In this document: positions 10,783 to 23,643 of the stretch, piece after piece
Numbering within the stretch: the stretch's first letter is position 1
Layout of the letters: every line of letters begins with the position of its first letter
Assembly: GCF_000281045.1 (NCBI RefSeq)
Contig: NW_008246072.1
Coordinates: 462,378 to 494,822 of the forward strand
Direction: 5' to 3'
DNA length: 32,445 nucleotides
From: Saprolegnia diclina VS20
Lineage: Eukaryota
Made by a program: the position numbers and the translations under genes
Notes under the pieces: model-generated
The model's input: the letters and a program-made list of their open reading frames with translations, nothing else
What the model was told of the DNA's origin: nothing
Databases searched by the model: none

Positions 10783-12162
10783 ATGCGATGGTTCGGTCAC
10801 TTCCTACTGCTTGTCCTGGTTGCAGTCGCAGCGATTCCGACCGGGACGTACCGCATCCGCACCTTTGACGACTTGACCGTGGCCGAAATCAACGGCCATT
10901 TGGTGCCAGCGCCATCGAATGCGAGCGCGCGCAATGAGCTCTTTAGCTACACGAATTTTTCTGGCGTTTTCTACTCGGCGAGCGCGGTGCAGTGCGTCGG
11001 TGCTTTCTTGCATCCGATGGTGCTCCAAGGCGGCGCGGCCTACAACGTCCACATGAAGCTCCGCCTTGGTCTCTGGCGCTGTCTGGGGTCCAGCATCAAC
11101 TTACCGTGGCGGTACGACGAGACATCCATGCAGATTGCGCATCGGTACTACCGCGGGTGGTGCTGGGACGCGAGCACGAGCCCGATTGCCGTCTACTTGT
11201 GCGACCCAGCTAGCGAAAGCCAACGCTTTCGCCTCGTTCCGCCGACAGAGGCCAGCCCAACGCCGCGGCCGCCACGACGGCGCCTCTTGTTTGAACCGCG
11301 GGACGGGATCGCGCACCGGCGGTGGCTCGAGAGCGATAACCCAGAGGGCTTTGTGCTCGAAGACGAGACCCTCAAGCTGCAGCCGATGCGACTGACGATG
11401 CCAAACCGCGGTGTCATTCGCCAAGTGGACGACCGGATCTACCTCGAGGCGACGCCCGGGAACGGCTCGGACGAGTGGTTCGAGTACAATGCCAACCACC
11501 AGACGCTGCGGTCGATGGGCCGGAACGACTCGTGCTTGGCGATCACGCCCAATAACCAGCTTGTCTTGACGCCGTGCTGTGCGCCTGCTGGCTGCTACCA
11601 GCAAAACTTTGTCGTGTACAAGAACCGGATCCGCCACCCGTCGTCGTTTTGCGTCGCGCTCAACCCGATCAAGCCCGCGACCAACCCGCTCATTGGCCAA
11701 TGGTGCAACGACCTCCGGGACCGTGTTCAGTTTTTTGCAGTCTACAAGGAGTATGACGATGCTAGTCACCGGCGGCTGGACAATGCGCAGACGCGGATCA
11801 CAGCGCGGAATGGCCACGTCGTATCCGAGTGGAGCACCGGCTTGTACGTCAACAACGCGGTGCCCAACGTCAACGAGCTCTTTGCGTACGACGACAATGG
11901 CCATACGTTCCAAGCCCAGAGCAACAGCCAGTGCATTGACGCATTTTGGAGCGCCGACCCGAGCGTCAAGTGGTGGGTGTTGAAGCTGCATACGTTTGAC
12001 TGCGGGTATGGCAACCGCAATCAAGAGTGGGCATCGACCGACAACCGCGTCAAGCACCTCAACCACGCCGGCATCTGCCTCGAGGCCCGCGGCGACAAGA
12101 CCCTTGGCGTCAACACGTGCAAGGAAGAGAGAGACTCCGAGTGGCTGCAGCTGTGGCACTGA
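10783..12162 (+). CDS. Tandem paralog: secreted triple ricin-B-type lectin protein
   Basis: Signal peptide MRWFGHFLLLVLVAVAA. Collinear with 8905-10311, sharing NVHMKLRLGLW, ESDNP, DEWFEYNAN.QTLRS, RHP.SFCVA and DPSVKWWVLK.HTFDCGYGNRNQEW. Confidence 0.82.
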   Translation: MRWFGHFLLLVLVAVAAIPTGTYRIRTFDDLTVAEINGHLVPAPSNASARNELFSYTNFSGVFYSASAVQCVGAFLHPMVLQGGAAYNVHMKLRLGLWRCLGSSINLPWRYDETSMQIAHRYYRGWCWDASTSPIAVYLCDPASESQRFRLVPPTEASPTPRPPRRRLLFEPRDGIAHRRWLESDNPEGFVLEDETLKLQPMRLTMPNRGVIRQVDDRIYLEATPGNGSDEWFEYNANHQTLRSMGRNDSCLAITPNNQLVLTPCCAPAGCYQQNFVVYKNRIRHPSSFCVALNPIKPATNPLIGQWCNDLRDRVQFFAVYKEYDDASHRRLDNAQTRITARNGHVVSEWSTGLYVNNAVPNVNELFAYDDNGHTFQAQSNSQCIDAFWSADPSVKWWVLKLHTFDCGYGNRNQEWASTDNRVKHLNHAGICLEARGDKTLGVNTCKEERDSEWLQLWH

Positions 12163-12895
12163 CAGGCTTCTAAGAGTCAAGAGAGGTGTCGTGTGTTGAT
12201 TCAACGCAGCGGAAAAATGCTCATCGTGTAATCAGTTGCGGACAGTCTTCTTGGCTCGACAAGTCCGATAGGCTATCGAACTTGCCGTAGGCACATGCAT
12301 GGGAGGACGTGGGCCGACTACCGTCACACGACTTGCGATGTTCATGGTCGACGGGGCGTCCACTTGCTACCACCTTGCCATACGGAGCCGTGCACCTTGG
12401 TCGGGGCACGTCCAGACGTGATGAAAAACGCTCCGTGCGTCTTGGCGGCGCTACCCAGGCGCTCGAAGCCGAGGAAGAAGCTGTATGACAACACTTTGGT
12501 CCGACTGCAGACAACATGGCCACGCACCTCGCTCGCAACAACACAAACGTATCGCGTTCTCTACTAACTGTTCGTAGTGGGTAATGCCCACCTTGTCAGC
12601 GGCGGCGAGCGCCGTTGCATGGAGGGATAGGGTTGTGCACCCAACACCGCGAGGGCACCTACTAGTTGTACAGCCCGTCCTATACAGCACCTTTGAGATA
12701 TTCTTTGAGATAGGGCGTGCCATAAAGCGTGTGGTTTTGCTGCAGCGCGATTATCTCCGTCCATGGAGTGGGTCCCGGGTCCGTCACTGCCGACGCCCAA
12801 TCGTCGCGTGTGTTTAGCCATTGCAAGCCTGCACGATCGAAAAACACACCATTTGAGTTTGCACAAGCATCCGGATACCAGAAATCGTACGCAGC

Positions 12896-13301
<406 letters not shown>

Positions 13302-13412
13302 CCCGTCGTGAGCTACATGGGCCTCGCCACGCTTCAATGCCCGTATTTGCTTGCCGTTTGCAAACTAAGCCTTTTCTACTGCACCTTGGACACGACACGA
13401 TACATGTTTCGT

Positions 13413-14641
13413 TTACAAGCCCTTGTTGTAGAAGGCGTGGGCCGTGCTCGGGTACTTGGCGTCAATGATGGCTTGGAGCTCGGGCTCGAGGTCACTTTTC
13501 GCGACTGCACTCTTTTGCGGGAAGAGCGCGCAGCAGAGCGGCGTCGAGAACGAGAGGCAGAGACCCGTGAGGAGCACCATAATGGGCGCCGCAAGCATCG
13601 GCGACCGCTTCAACAGCGTACCCTGCTCGAGCTTGGCCATGACGAGCGGCGGGAAGAGCATGCCGGGCACCGCCATGAGGATGCGCGATGGCACGACCTG
13701 CAGCACCGCGTTCTGGGCCGCGACCTTGCTCTTGCCAATGAGCTCGCCGTCTACAGCACATTGCACGCGTCAGTCTCGTTGCATGCAATCGTAGCAAGGG
13801 AGGAACGCACCGGCCGTCTCGACGTCGATGCCGTCAACGAGCTCGCGCTGGCGCATGAGCGGGATGTTGACCCAGTTGGCGGCCGCGACGGCCATGAGCG
13901 GCACAAAGCGACCGATGAGACCGCCTACGCAATTTCAAATAAGATCTACGTTGGGACGACGACGTGGGTTCGATACCGCTGAGGCTCGGGCGGCTCGCGA
14001 TAAACTTGTTCATGCCCACCGCAGTGGCGACCGACATGGTCGACGCGGCAATGTACGCTTGGCCGAGCTGCTCGGTTGTGACGCCCGTGCTCGCGTTGCG
14101 GTTGGTGTAGTTGACGATCGAGTTGAACGTTTGGTTCATAAACTACGCGTCATTGAGCTGCAAGCCAAAGAACACAAGACTTCCACGGACCTGCCAAAAG
14201 ATGACGGCCGGCGTCGACCGGTAGAACGTCATCATGCAACCGGTGATGGCCATGTTGCCGGGCACCTGGAACGCCATGCGACCTACAGACCAGCCGTTTG
14301 TCAGCGCGTTGGCCATTGCAGGACGCATTACCCAAGATGAAGTTCTTTTCGCCCGTGTCCGGGTGGAACGCCGAGTCGTAGAGGTGCTTGGCAGCCCAGA
14401 CGTCTTCGTCCTTGATACCCGCCGGCTCCGTGCCCGCCCTAGTGGACCCCATGAGCCATGCAAAGCCGTCGTCGGCTTGGTCGTCGTACTTGTACTGCTC
14501 GATGAGCGCCTTGGCCGCGTCGAGGTCGGCGTCGGACGCAAGCACGTTGAGCGGGTTGGTCGTCGTCAGAAAGTGCTTGGCGCGACCCTCGAACGTGCTC
14601 TGGTCCCAGCGAGGCTCGTCAAGGTTGAGGCGAGTGGCCAT
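13413..14641 (-). CDS. SFXN: Sideroflexin (Mtc/FSF1 family mitochondrial inner-membrane transporter), 5 introns
   Basis: [86 protein letters not shown] and the terminal FYNKGL. Confidence 0.95.
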
Positions 14642-16248
14642 GTTGCCTTGATCCGGTCAAATAAGATTTGATGACACACAAGAATGTTCTGTGGTGCAGC
14701 CATCGCGTAAAATCATTTGGCGTCGATTTTTATTTCATATTCATCTTCTTACATACAAACACCAAGCTTGGTTTCTCATTTTATAAAAATACCACTGTCA
14801 TACAATTCCGCGATCGGGAAATTAACCGGCCACATGGGTGTTCGGCAACTCAACGGCGTGCCATTCAAATTCAAACTCAACTTCACATTGCTCGACGCGC
14901 GCCACCTCTTTGATTGCGCAGTCGCGTGCAAGCGTCGACTAGAAGAGCGGACGAGCTTTGCCAAGGCCGCAAAGTCGCTGCCAAGGACATACGCGGAGCC
15001 TCCAAAGCCGTCATTTCTTTACGCCGACAAAAGGCCGTGCGGACGACGCGTGCTCGTCGTGTTGACGGCACCACGGTGGATGTCGCTACTATGGGCCAAG
15101 GTCCTGTGCTCGCTGTACTAGACACGAGCGTGCTCGCCAGCTCCAAGTCGCTGGACGCTGTGAACGAGGCTGTGTAGGTAGAGAGAACGGCGTCGATACA
15201 ATAGCTACTGGGTACTCGCATGCGAGGAGGCAGATCGCGACGACGCAAGCATCTCCGCACGGTGGCGACGACGCGGCCGTTGTTTCTTGTCTCTGCGCGC
15301 GATCTACAGAAACGCCGGACGATCCGGATAAGCGTTTGATTTGCATCGATGGAGCTCACGGATGCTAGAAGCTCCTCGTACACAGTCCTTGCTCCGAGGA
15401 TGGGCGCGTATTCGTATACACATTGGTGTAGTGCGCTCGCGACACCAGCGGCCGTGGGACAAGAGCTCGCAGTGTCCACGGCCTGGGATGGCACAAACGT
15501 CCATTGCGTACAAAGGCCAGTAACGCCATCAATTCATCGGCCATTGCAATCACTTGGCAAGTGGAGTAGCTGACAAGTACGAGTGTACTCTCGCCGCGTC
15601 GCGTGGGTCGCCCGTCAGGGACTACCAACAATGTCCTTGGCGCATTGGCCCGTGACGGATTGTGTGGCGACGTCAGCTGGCAGCGTCACAGCGTTTTGGG
15701 GCTCGCAAAGCTGCTGGTTAAGTCGTAGGCGGCTTGTGCGTCACCATGGCTGCCGCTTTGCCAACAGTAGCAGAGCACTCGGACTCCAATTGCACGGGCA
15801 GATACCAGAATCAACGCGTTCTTAGAGGTCGACGTGCATGAGCCCACGCTCGTTCCTTTGATGCAACGCGACCTCTTGGCCGCGCCAGTGCGCGACGAAG
15901 CAGCAACACGCTGTCCTGATGCGATGTCTCTCCAAGGTACACCTTGCCGCCAGGCGGCGTGGTCGTCGTCCGAGCAGCTACGTTCTGCGTGGCCATAACG
16001 CCAACCACCCAACGCATGCGACGACTGCAAGTTGCATCGGCGGCGACGTCGACTGGCCGGCTGCGCGACGGCGACGATAAGGTCTGTCAACATGCTTGCG
16101 CTTCTTGGCTTGTGCAGGGAAAAGACAGCGTATCCGGATAGGCGTGTTCGGATATTGTGGTCGTATCCGGATTGCCTCGCCATACTTTGTGTGAGGTTGT
16201 TTCGCGGCCAATAACCTTTGACGAGCCCAGGACGACCAGTGGTAAGGC

Positions 16249-19200
16249 ATGGGCGGGGACCTCCAGGACGCCGAGGCCCTCGGGCAGAGCTTCAAGGTGC
16301 TCGAGCAGGCCCACGCCGGCGACTGCAAGAGCCCGGACCTCGCGGACCAGGTGGCCAACCACTCGGAGCCGACCGCGCACAACTACTTTTTCGAGCCGTA
16401 CACGGCAGGCGCCTGGTCGCCGCAGCTCGTGCACAAGCAGAAGATCCTGCCGTACCCGAGCGCGATCGCGTCTGCGTACGACAAGATGGTCTCGAGCTCC
16501 TTCTCGGGCCTCTTGCAGGAGCTGCACCATGCGTGGGTCTCGGTCGACAACACGCTCTTTCTCTGGGACTACACGGCCGAGGCGACGCGCGTCGTGGTCT
16601 TTGAGGGCATGGAGCAAGTCATCTGCGCCGTGGGCATTGCAACGCCGCTGCCTGGCGTCTTCAAGGCGTTTGTCAAGCACGTCTTGGTCGTTGCAACCGC
16701 GAGCGAGATGCGCCTCCTCGTGGTCTTGCCCGACGCCGACGGCGGGCTGCGCCTGAGCGCGACCAAGCTCAGCATCTCGACCGATGACTGCATCGTGCGC
16801 AAGATCGTCTCCACACGCGATGGCCGCATCTTCTTTGGCGGCTCGGACGGGCAACTCCACGAATTCGTCTACGACAGCGACGAAGGCATGTTGCACCAGC
16901 TCGGCTGGAAGCGCCAGTGCCGCAAAGAGTCGCACGCGCAATCACTGTCGCAGTACCTCCCGAGCTTCTTCCGGACGTTCACGAACGCGTCCGACGCGAT
17001 CGGCAAGGTCGTCGACATGCGCATCGACCACGAACGCCGAATCTTGTACCTCGTGCAAGAGCCCGCCTTTGTAAGCGTCTACGACCTCGGCACGGACGCC
17101 GGCGCGGAGCTTGCGCTCATTGCCTGCAAGAACCTCGAGACCGAGGCGTCGCGCTTCTGCCAGCGCAACCAGCGCAACCTCACGTCGTGCCCCGAGCCGC
17201 GGCTCTTTGCCACGACGTCGGTGTCGCTCACTGCCCTCTCGGTGGTCGCACGCGACGAGTCGGCCAGCACCCACGCGATTGCAGTGAGCGCGACGGGCAT
17301 TCGCTTCTACCTCTCGACGTTCTCGCCCGGCTTCCTCTCGTCAGCGCTCAAGCGGCCATCGGGGCTGGACCTGATGCACATTCGCCTTCCGCCACCGACC
17401 ACCGTGCTCGCCGACGCGCCCGAGTACCACCGCACCGAAGGCCTCTCGCCGGCGCTGCTCCCGGGCAAGAGTCCGTCCCACGTGCACGCGGCCTATTACC
17501 GGCACGGTGTCTTCTTAGCTATCAACGGCGGTCCTGACGAATACGACCAAGTGCTTGGGCTCACAAAGGACCTCACGGCGCGCCACGCGCATGACGCCAA
17601 CGCGTCGCTCAAGGTGCTCATGCGCGAGTCGATTGCGTGCGACTCGTGCCAAGGCAAGGTCAGCGCCGTCGAAGAGTTTGTGCCGCAGCTCGCATCGCCA
17701 CCACGTCCATCGACGACGCTCAATGGCAACGGCAAGCGGCCACACGCATCGAGCGCCGTGGGTGTCGACGAGGCGCCCGTCATGCGGTCCGAGCTCGTGA
17801 CGCAGATCGTCGAACCGATGCGGCACTTTCTTGTCTTGACGAACGCCGGGTTGCACATCTTCAAGAAGGTCCGGCCGATCGACGAGCTCTTCCGTGTGCT
17901 CCATGCGACCAAGGACGTCAAGAAGCAGCTGAGTCACTTTGTCAAGTGCTTTGGGTCGGCGGAATCGTGCGCGATGCTCTTTGCCATCGCGTGCGGTGCA
18001 CTCGCATCCCAAGATACGCTCTGGACCGACACGATAGGCATGAAGAGCGACGACCATATCGTGGCGATGGCCATGCAAGCGATCTTTGACTTTGGCGGGT
18101 CGCCCAACGTCTCGAGCGGCGGCGTCCCGAGCTCCAACCACCGCTTTGTCATGACGGACGACGTTGGCCTCTCGGCGCACCACGACGGCCTCGTGCTCTT
18201 TCTATCCCGCTTGCTGCGTCCCATGTGGCGATTGCCGTCGGAGAATGCACCGCTCGAGCGCGTCCGCAACGTGCTCTTTCGACTCCAGCAGGTCTTGGAG
18301 ACACATTACCGCGCGTCGCTTCAAGCCGCGGGGACGGCCGATCCGTCGGCCGCGAATGCGCTTACGCGCGAGCTCATGGCGCACGTCCAAGAAACGACGC
18401 CGGCGATCGTGCGCCAGGACAATGCAATGCGCGCCGAGCAAGCGTCGATCCGGTGCCTGTACCTGTTCACGACGCGGTCGATCCAAGCGCTGTCGCTGGT
18501 GCTGCTGGCGCCGACGCGGTCGCTGCCGCTGTCGCTGCCCGACCTTGTCACGACCTCGGCCGGGTTTGACGCACTCAAGGCGCTCCTCTCGCGCCTCACG
18601 CAAGGCCAGAACGACGCCATGTTGGTGGCGTCGCTCCAGAAGCAGTGCCCGCTCTTCTTCAAGGACACGGACGCCGCGGCGTGTCACGGGTACCAGCAGC
18701 TGGAAGCGGCCGCAAGTTGTGCGACGGTGCAAGATCGCACGGCGTGCCTGGATCGGTCGCTGCAGCATTTCACGCTCGCGGCCAAGAGCTGGAAGACGCC
18801 GACGCATGTGCTCGACCTCGAGCGCATCTGCGCGTCGTACTTTACGCTCGGCTATCTCGACGGTATTGTCGCCTTGGCCTTTGCGACCGCGCCGCACTTT
18901 GCCACGGACGACGACTCGCGCCGCATCTGCTACGGCTACACGATCCAGTGCGTTCAGTTCTTTGCGTCGACGACCAGCAACACGGCCGACGACGTGGGCA
19001 GCGTGTGCGCACATGCCCCAACCGAGTGGCTGCCGCTCCCGGCGCGGGAAGCGTGCTTGACGTACTTGCTGCAGAAGCTCCTCTCGGTGCAAGACACGTA
19101 CTACCACTCGGTGCTCTACATGTGGCTCTATACGAACGACGAACGCCAGCGCTTGATTGCGCTGCCGGGCGCCAAGCACCGGCAGTCAGTCGAAGCATTC

Positions 19201-20381
19201 CTCAAGGCCAAGGACGAAGACCTCCTCGTACAAATGTACCTGGTGCAAAACCGGTACGTGGACGCAGCGCACGTGCTCTGGACGCGCGCGACGTCCACGC
19301 AGGATCGTCGCCCGATCAGCGACCGGATCGAGCTCATTTCGCGCGCCAAGAGCATCCTCGCAGCGGCAAACGACCCGACAGCCACGAGCGCGCTGCAAGA
19401 AGTCACCGAGACGCTGCATGTGCTCACGCTGCAACTTCACATTTGGACGACGCTGCAGTCGTCGGTGCCGGCCGCCGACCTCGAGGTACCTGCCGCTACC
19501 TGTGCACCAAATTCATGCCGATACACTGTTAGGCGCTGGCGACGACGATTGTGGCGGTCTCGCCGCTGTACAACCAGTTTGCAGCCAAGTACAAGTTGTG
19601 GCCCGAGTGCCTTCGTATCCTGTGCACGTGCCACTCCGAGGTACCTCATTTCTGGGCTAGCGGTGGGAAGGCACACGTTGTTGACGGTGTAGGACATGGC
19701 GACGATCGAGACGTTGTGGAAGCGGCTCTTGTACTCGCTGATCCCGACGTCGGTCGGCAACGAGACGTTCAACAAGTGGCTCTCGAGCACCTGCGACGCG
19801 CTCGACATTGCGCCCAAGACGTCCGAGCACCTCGAGCATGCTTCGTGGATGAGCCATGTCCAGGCCCAACTCTTGAGCCTCAAGGAGCTCTACCCGTCCA
19901 AGGCGTTTCCCGTCGAGCTCCTTCTCCACGAAATCGAGCACGCGTGGATGTGGTATCGTAAAGTGACGGGCGTCGCCACGGCGCGGCCGTGGATCGCCGG
20001 TCTCTTTCTGGACGCCGGTGTGTCGTACGCGGTGCTCTTTGGCGCGTACATGAGCTTGTACCAGCACCCGTCGCCGTCGCCTTGGCGCCTCCATGTGCTC
20101 GAGAGCCTGTACCAGCTCGTGATCAACTGGCTCGGCGTCATTCGCGGTGTCGCGCCCCGCGACCTCCAGCTTGAGTTTGCGACCGCGACGCCCGTGCTCA
20201 CGAGTGCGTGCGACGATATTGTTGTGGATCTCCAAGGCCTCTTGCGCGGTACGCCTTTGTTTTGTATCAAGGTATCAACTATGCTTGTAATGTAGACAAC
20301 GACCCGAAAAAAACCGAGCTCGTCGGGCTCTTTCGACGACTCAAGCTCGACATCTCCACGACCAAGTCGACGTATGCATAA
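16249..20381 (+). CDS. NUP155: Nuclear pore complex protein Nup155/Nup170-like
   Basis: GLLQELHHAWVSVDNTLFLWDY, GVFKAFVKHVLVVAT, DGRIFFGGSDGQLHEFVY, GIRFYLS, LMHIRLPP, SAHHDGLVLFLSRLLRPMW, DRIELISRAK, LYNQFAAKYKLWPECLRIL. Introns at 19486-19532, 19641-19692 and 20249-20295. Confidence 0.92.
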
Positions 20382-20706
20382 ACCTAACCCCACACTTCAA
20401 ATGCTCGAGTACTAGTATTTTTTTCTTACTTTATACTTCCGGCGCCGGAGGGCTGACAACAACCGAGTCGGGCTTCACGCTCGGACAGACTTGTCCCTTG
20501 GGACTGTCGCCGAGCAGAGCGACAATATTGTGATACTGTCGTAGACGCTATACGAGTGCCCAGGATGTTTTTTCAAAAGGGAATCAAACGCTTTGATCCA
20601 AGTTAAAAAAGTTTACAGTGGAAAATGCAAAAAAATCATTTCCGAGTACTCGTAGGAATTAGAGACGCTTGGTCGCTTGCTGAAAGAGGGGTGGGGCAGT
20701 GGACCG

Positions 20707-21141
20707 TTAGAACGGCGCGGGTTTGGGTGCAGGCGTAGCCATGGGCGCGGGCGTGGCCATGGGTACGGCGCCAGGATGCAACCAGCCGCCGCGCGCCATC
20801 TTCTTGTGCATCTTGCGAAATGTCTTGTCGATTTCGTCTTGTCCATGACTGTCGCCAAGGCCCCACCGCCCGAAAAAGCCCGTGGGGCCGTCTGCATCGC
20901 GCTGGCTGTGCGCGACGAGCTTGGCCATCTTCTTTTCGTACTTGATTTCAAAATACGCTTGCATGGCGGCGGCCACGTCGTCGATCGAAGCGCTTTTGGG
21001 CGTCTCGGACATCTCGCGCGACAGTTTGCGGAGCTCGTGCAGGTGGTAGTTGAATTGCTCCTGGAGCGCCTGCGCGTTGGCTGTCGTAGGCTGCTCCGTC
21101 GTCGTTTCTTGTTTGGTCGTCACTGGAGCGGGGACGTTCAT
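20707..21141 (-). CDS. Hypothetical 144-aa protein (helical core, C-terminal PMATPA repeats)
   Basis: ATG-to-stop ORF with host-like GC3 codon bias and an AT-rich 3' flank; no recognisable domain. Confidence 0.6.
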   Translation of the reverse strand: MNVPAPVTTKQETTTEQPTTANAQALQEQFNYHLHELRKLSREMSETPKSASIDDVAAAMQAYFEIKYEKKMAKLVAHSQRDADGPTGFFGRWGLGDSHGQDEIDKTFRKMHKKMARGGWLHPGAVPMATPAPMATPAPKPAPF

Positions 21142-21723
21142 GCTTGTTAATGGCGTGTCGACGCAGTGAATCGCAGAATGAGCAGCGAGCAGGGCATTTT
21201 TGTGGTTGCGAGACGAGTGATTCGTCCGTCAGCGACTTGGCGGTGGCTAAGATCTTGGATGAAAATGTGTGTCTTCGCAATCACTCTCCAAAAAATGCAG
21301 CCAATCAGCACTTGGTCTGGTACAGGTAGGAGTGATCAGTCGTGGCGCAGCCACGACGTGATCGCGCCGTCGAGCCAGCGATACTACTGGTATGTACGAT
21401 GGTTCTTGAACGAGGCAGTCGAACAAGCCTGAACGAGGCTGGTTCGGTTCGACAGTCTTGGTCCCAGGACCTACGGCGAGAACAAAGACAGTATATTGTG
21501 GGCTTGTATTTGCGGCCTTCGTTGCGAAGGAGCTTTCCATACCCTAGGACGCTAGCCCAAACCATTGCAGAGCTAGTTTGAAGAGCCTCGTCGCTCTATT
21601 GGCCGCTGCACAAGGAACGTGCTTCTATGCAATAGTTACCGCCTAACTCCCCAAACTAGATAAAAAATAGAAAAATGTAGATTCACGTCGACAATACATT
21701 TGTTTCTCTTCAACTAGACTAGC

Positions 21724-23640
21724 TTAGGCGCGCATTTGCGTGAACGACTCGCGCGCGTTCATGAGGTTGGACGACCGGTCGATGAGCGCGTCCTTCTCGT
21801 TCACTTCGTCGTCGTGGACGTGGTGGCGCGAGCTGTCCATGCCAAACTGCATCTTGCGCATGACGATGACGTAGAAGAAGAGGTTGATGGCCGAGACGGC
21901 GCCGACAGCAAAAAACATGTTTTCGAGCTTGCCGTCGTTGAGGTTGTTGGGGATGTCGTCTTGGAAGAGGAGCGTAAAGATGGACGTGACGTTCGAGCCC
22001 ATCGAGACCATGAAGAGGTTGATGGCTTGGCACGTCGACTTGAGGTAGATCGGGACCTCCGAGTAAAAGACGTCGTACGCCGTCACGTTGATGAGGCACT
22101 CGCAGAGCGCGACGAGCACGTACTGGGGAATGTTCCAGCCCCAAAGAATCTTGTTCATGGGTTCTTCGCCGGCCTTGTTGATGACCGGGAACGAGCCGTC
22201 CGGGTACGTCGAGTTGCCGAGCATGATGACACCCGAGTTCTTGCGCATGACCTCAAAGCCGCCGACGTAAAACATGGTCGCTGTCGAGATGACGAGACCG
22301 ACGAGCACCTTGCCAAAGGGCGACGCCGCCTTGCCAAAGTACTTTTTGTACGCCGGGTAAATGACCGCGTCGAGAAGCGGGATCAAAATCACGATCGCGA
22401 TCGGGTCAAACACACCGAGCACCGCACCCGAGAGCTGCGTCGCGTCCCACGCGTCACCGAAGCGAAGGTCGGTCTGCTGCGCAATCGACTGAAAGTTGGC
22501 GTCGATCTGGTCGTAGACGCACTGCCACATGACCATGAACGACGCAAACGGGAGGACGCGGACCACCATCTTGATCTCGTCGATCGACTGGTCGTCGACG
22601 GGGCCGCCGAGCGAGAGCTTGGCGGCGTTGACATTTTCATAGTTGATGCCCGAGAGCACCCACGTGACGCAGCCGAGGACAGCGAGCGCACCCGCGACGT
22701 ACGTGAGACCCTTGCGCTCCGGCGACCCGTCCGTGAGGAAGACCGCAATCAAGTTGAGCACAAACGAGAGGAGGAGGATGACAAAGCCACCGCACGAGCC
22801 CTTGGCCGCCCAGCTCTTGGACGACGAACGCACGAGCACCTTGACGAGCTTGGACATGGCGTCCGAGTTGGGCGGCAGCTTGATGTAGCGCGGCGACCCG
22901 AGGAAGAAGAAACCCAAGGCGACCGCCATCACGCACGCGCAGATGAGGAACGTCGCAAAGTACCCGTAGTCTTCCGAGATGGACGCCGAGCCTTCGACGC
23001 ACAAGGTCGCGAGGTAGCCGTACGAGAACGCAGCGCCAAAGTTGACGCACCAGTAAAAGTACGAGAAGAACGTGATCTTCTGGGCCTCTTCCTTCGGGTC
23101 GTCCGGGTTGAACTGATCGGCGCCGAGCGTAATGACGTTCGACTTGATCGCGCCAGTGCCAATGCCAATGCAAGCAAAGAGCGCAAACACAAAGAGGCCT
23201 TGGGCCGTGTCAATGTCGGCGCCTTCCTTGTCAAACACACCAGAGACGTTGGTCTCCTTCCAGCCCAGCACCTTGGGGTGCGCGGCGACGGCCATGAGGA
23301 TGTCGCCAAGAAGGTACCACGTGCCAAAGATCGCGATCGTCTTGAAGCGGCCCCAGCGCTCGTCGGCGAGGTACGCACCGAGGAGCGGCGAGAGGTAGCA
23401 AAGCGACGTCCACGTACTCTTGATCGAGTTGGACGAGACGCCAGTCCAGTGCAAGTGGGACTTCATGTAGTTTTTCAAGCCTTGGTTGATGCCATAGTAC
23501 GAGAGGCGCTCCGACACTTCCATGAGGAGGATGAAGCCGCACACTTGGAAGAGGACCGATTTGAACTGGCGGGGACGAGCGTCCCACACGGACGCGTAGC
23601 CGGCGACCGCGGGGCTCTTGGGCGAAGCGTTGTCGGCCAT
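21724..23640 (-). CDS. Proton-dependent oligopeptide transporter (POT/PTR family)
   Basis: ExxER motif MEVSERLSYYG, PLLGAYLADERWGRFKTI, IGTGAIKSNVITLGADQF, FFSYFYWCVNFGA, IPQYVL..ECL, FYSEVP..KSTCQA. Multiple TM segments; intronless; start MADNASPK at 23640. Confidence 0.95.
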   Translation of the reverse strand: MADNASPKSPAVAGYASVWDARPRQFKSVLFQVCGFILLMEVSERLSYYGINQGLKNYMKSHLHWTGVSSNSIKSTWTSLCYLSPLLGAYLADERWGRFKTIAIFGTWYLLGDILMAVAAHPKVLGWKETNVSGVFDKEGADIDTAQGLFVFALFACIGIGTGAIKSNVITLGADQFNPDDPKEEAQKITFFSYFYWCVNFGAAFSYGYLATLCVEGSASISEDYGYFATFLICACVMAVALGFFFLGSPRYIKLPPNSDAMSKLVKVLVRSSSKSWAAKGSCGGFVILLLSFVLNLIAVFLTDGSPERKGLTYVAGALAVLGCVTWVLSGINYENVNAAKLSLGGPVDDQSIDEIKMVVRVLPFASFMVMWQCVYDQIDANFQSIAQQTDLRFGDAWDATQLSGAVLGVFDPIAIVILIPLLDAVIYPAYKKYFGKAASPFGKVLVGLVISTATMFYVGGFEVMRKNSGVIMLGNSTYPDGSFPVINKAGEEPMNKILWGWNIPQYVLVALCECLINVTAYDVFYSEVPIYLKSTCQAINLFMVSMGSNVTSIFTLLFQDDIPNNLNDGKLENMFFAVGAVSAINLFFYVIVMRKMQFGMDSSRHHVHDDEVNEKDALIDRSSNLMNARESFTQMRA

Positions 23641-23643
23641 GGC

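Noticed and set aside
14700..16240. ORFs between sideroflexin and Nup155 (e.g. 14883-15494) and two CGTATCCGGAT repeats at about 16129-16172
   Set aside because: No coherent gene model or known motif; too little evidence to call either a gene or a regulatory site.
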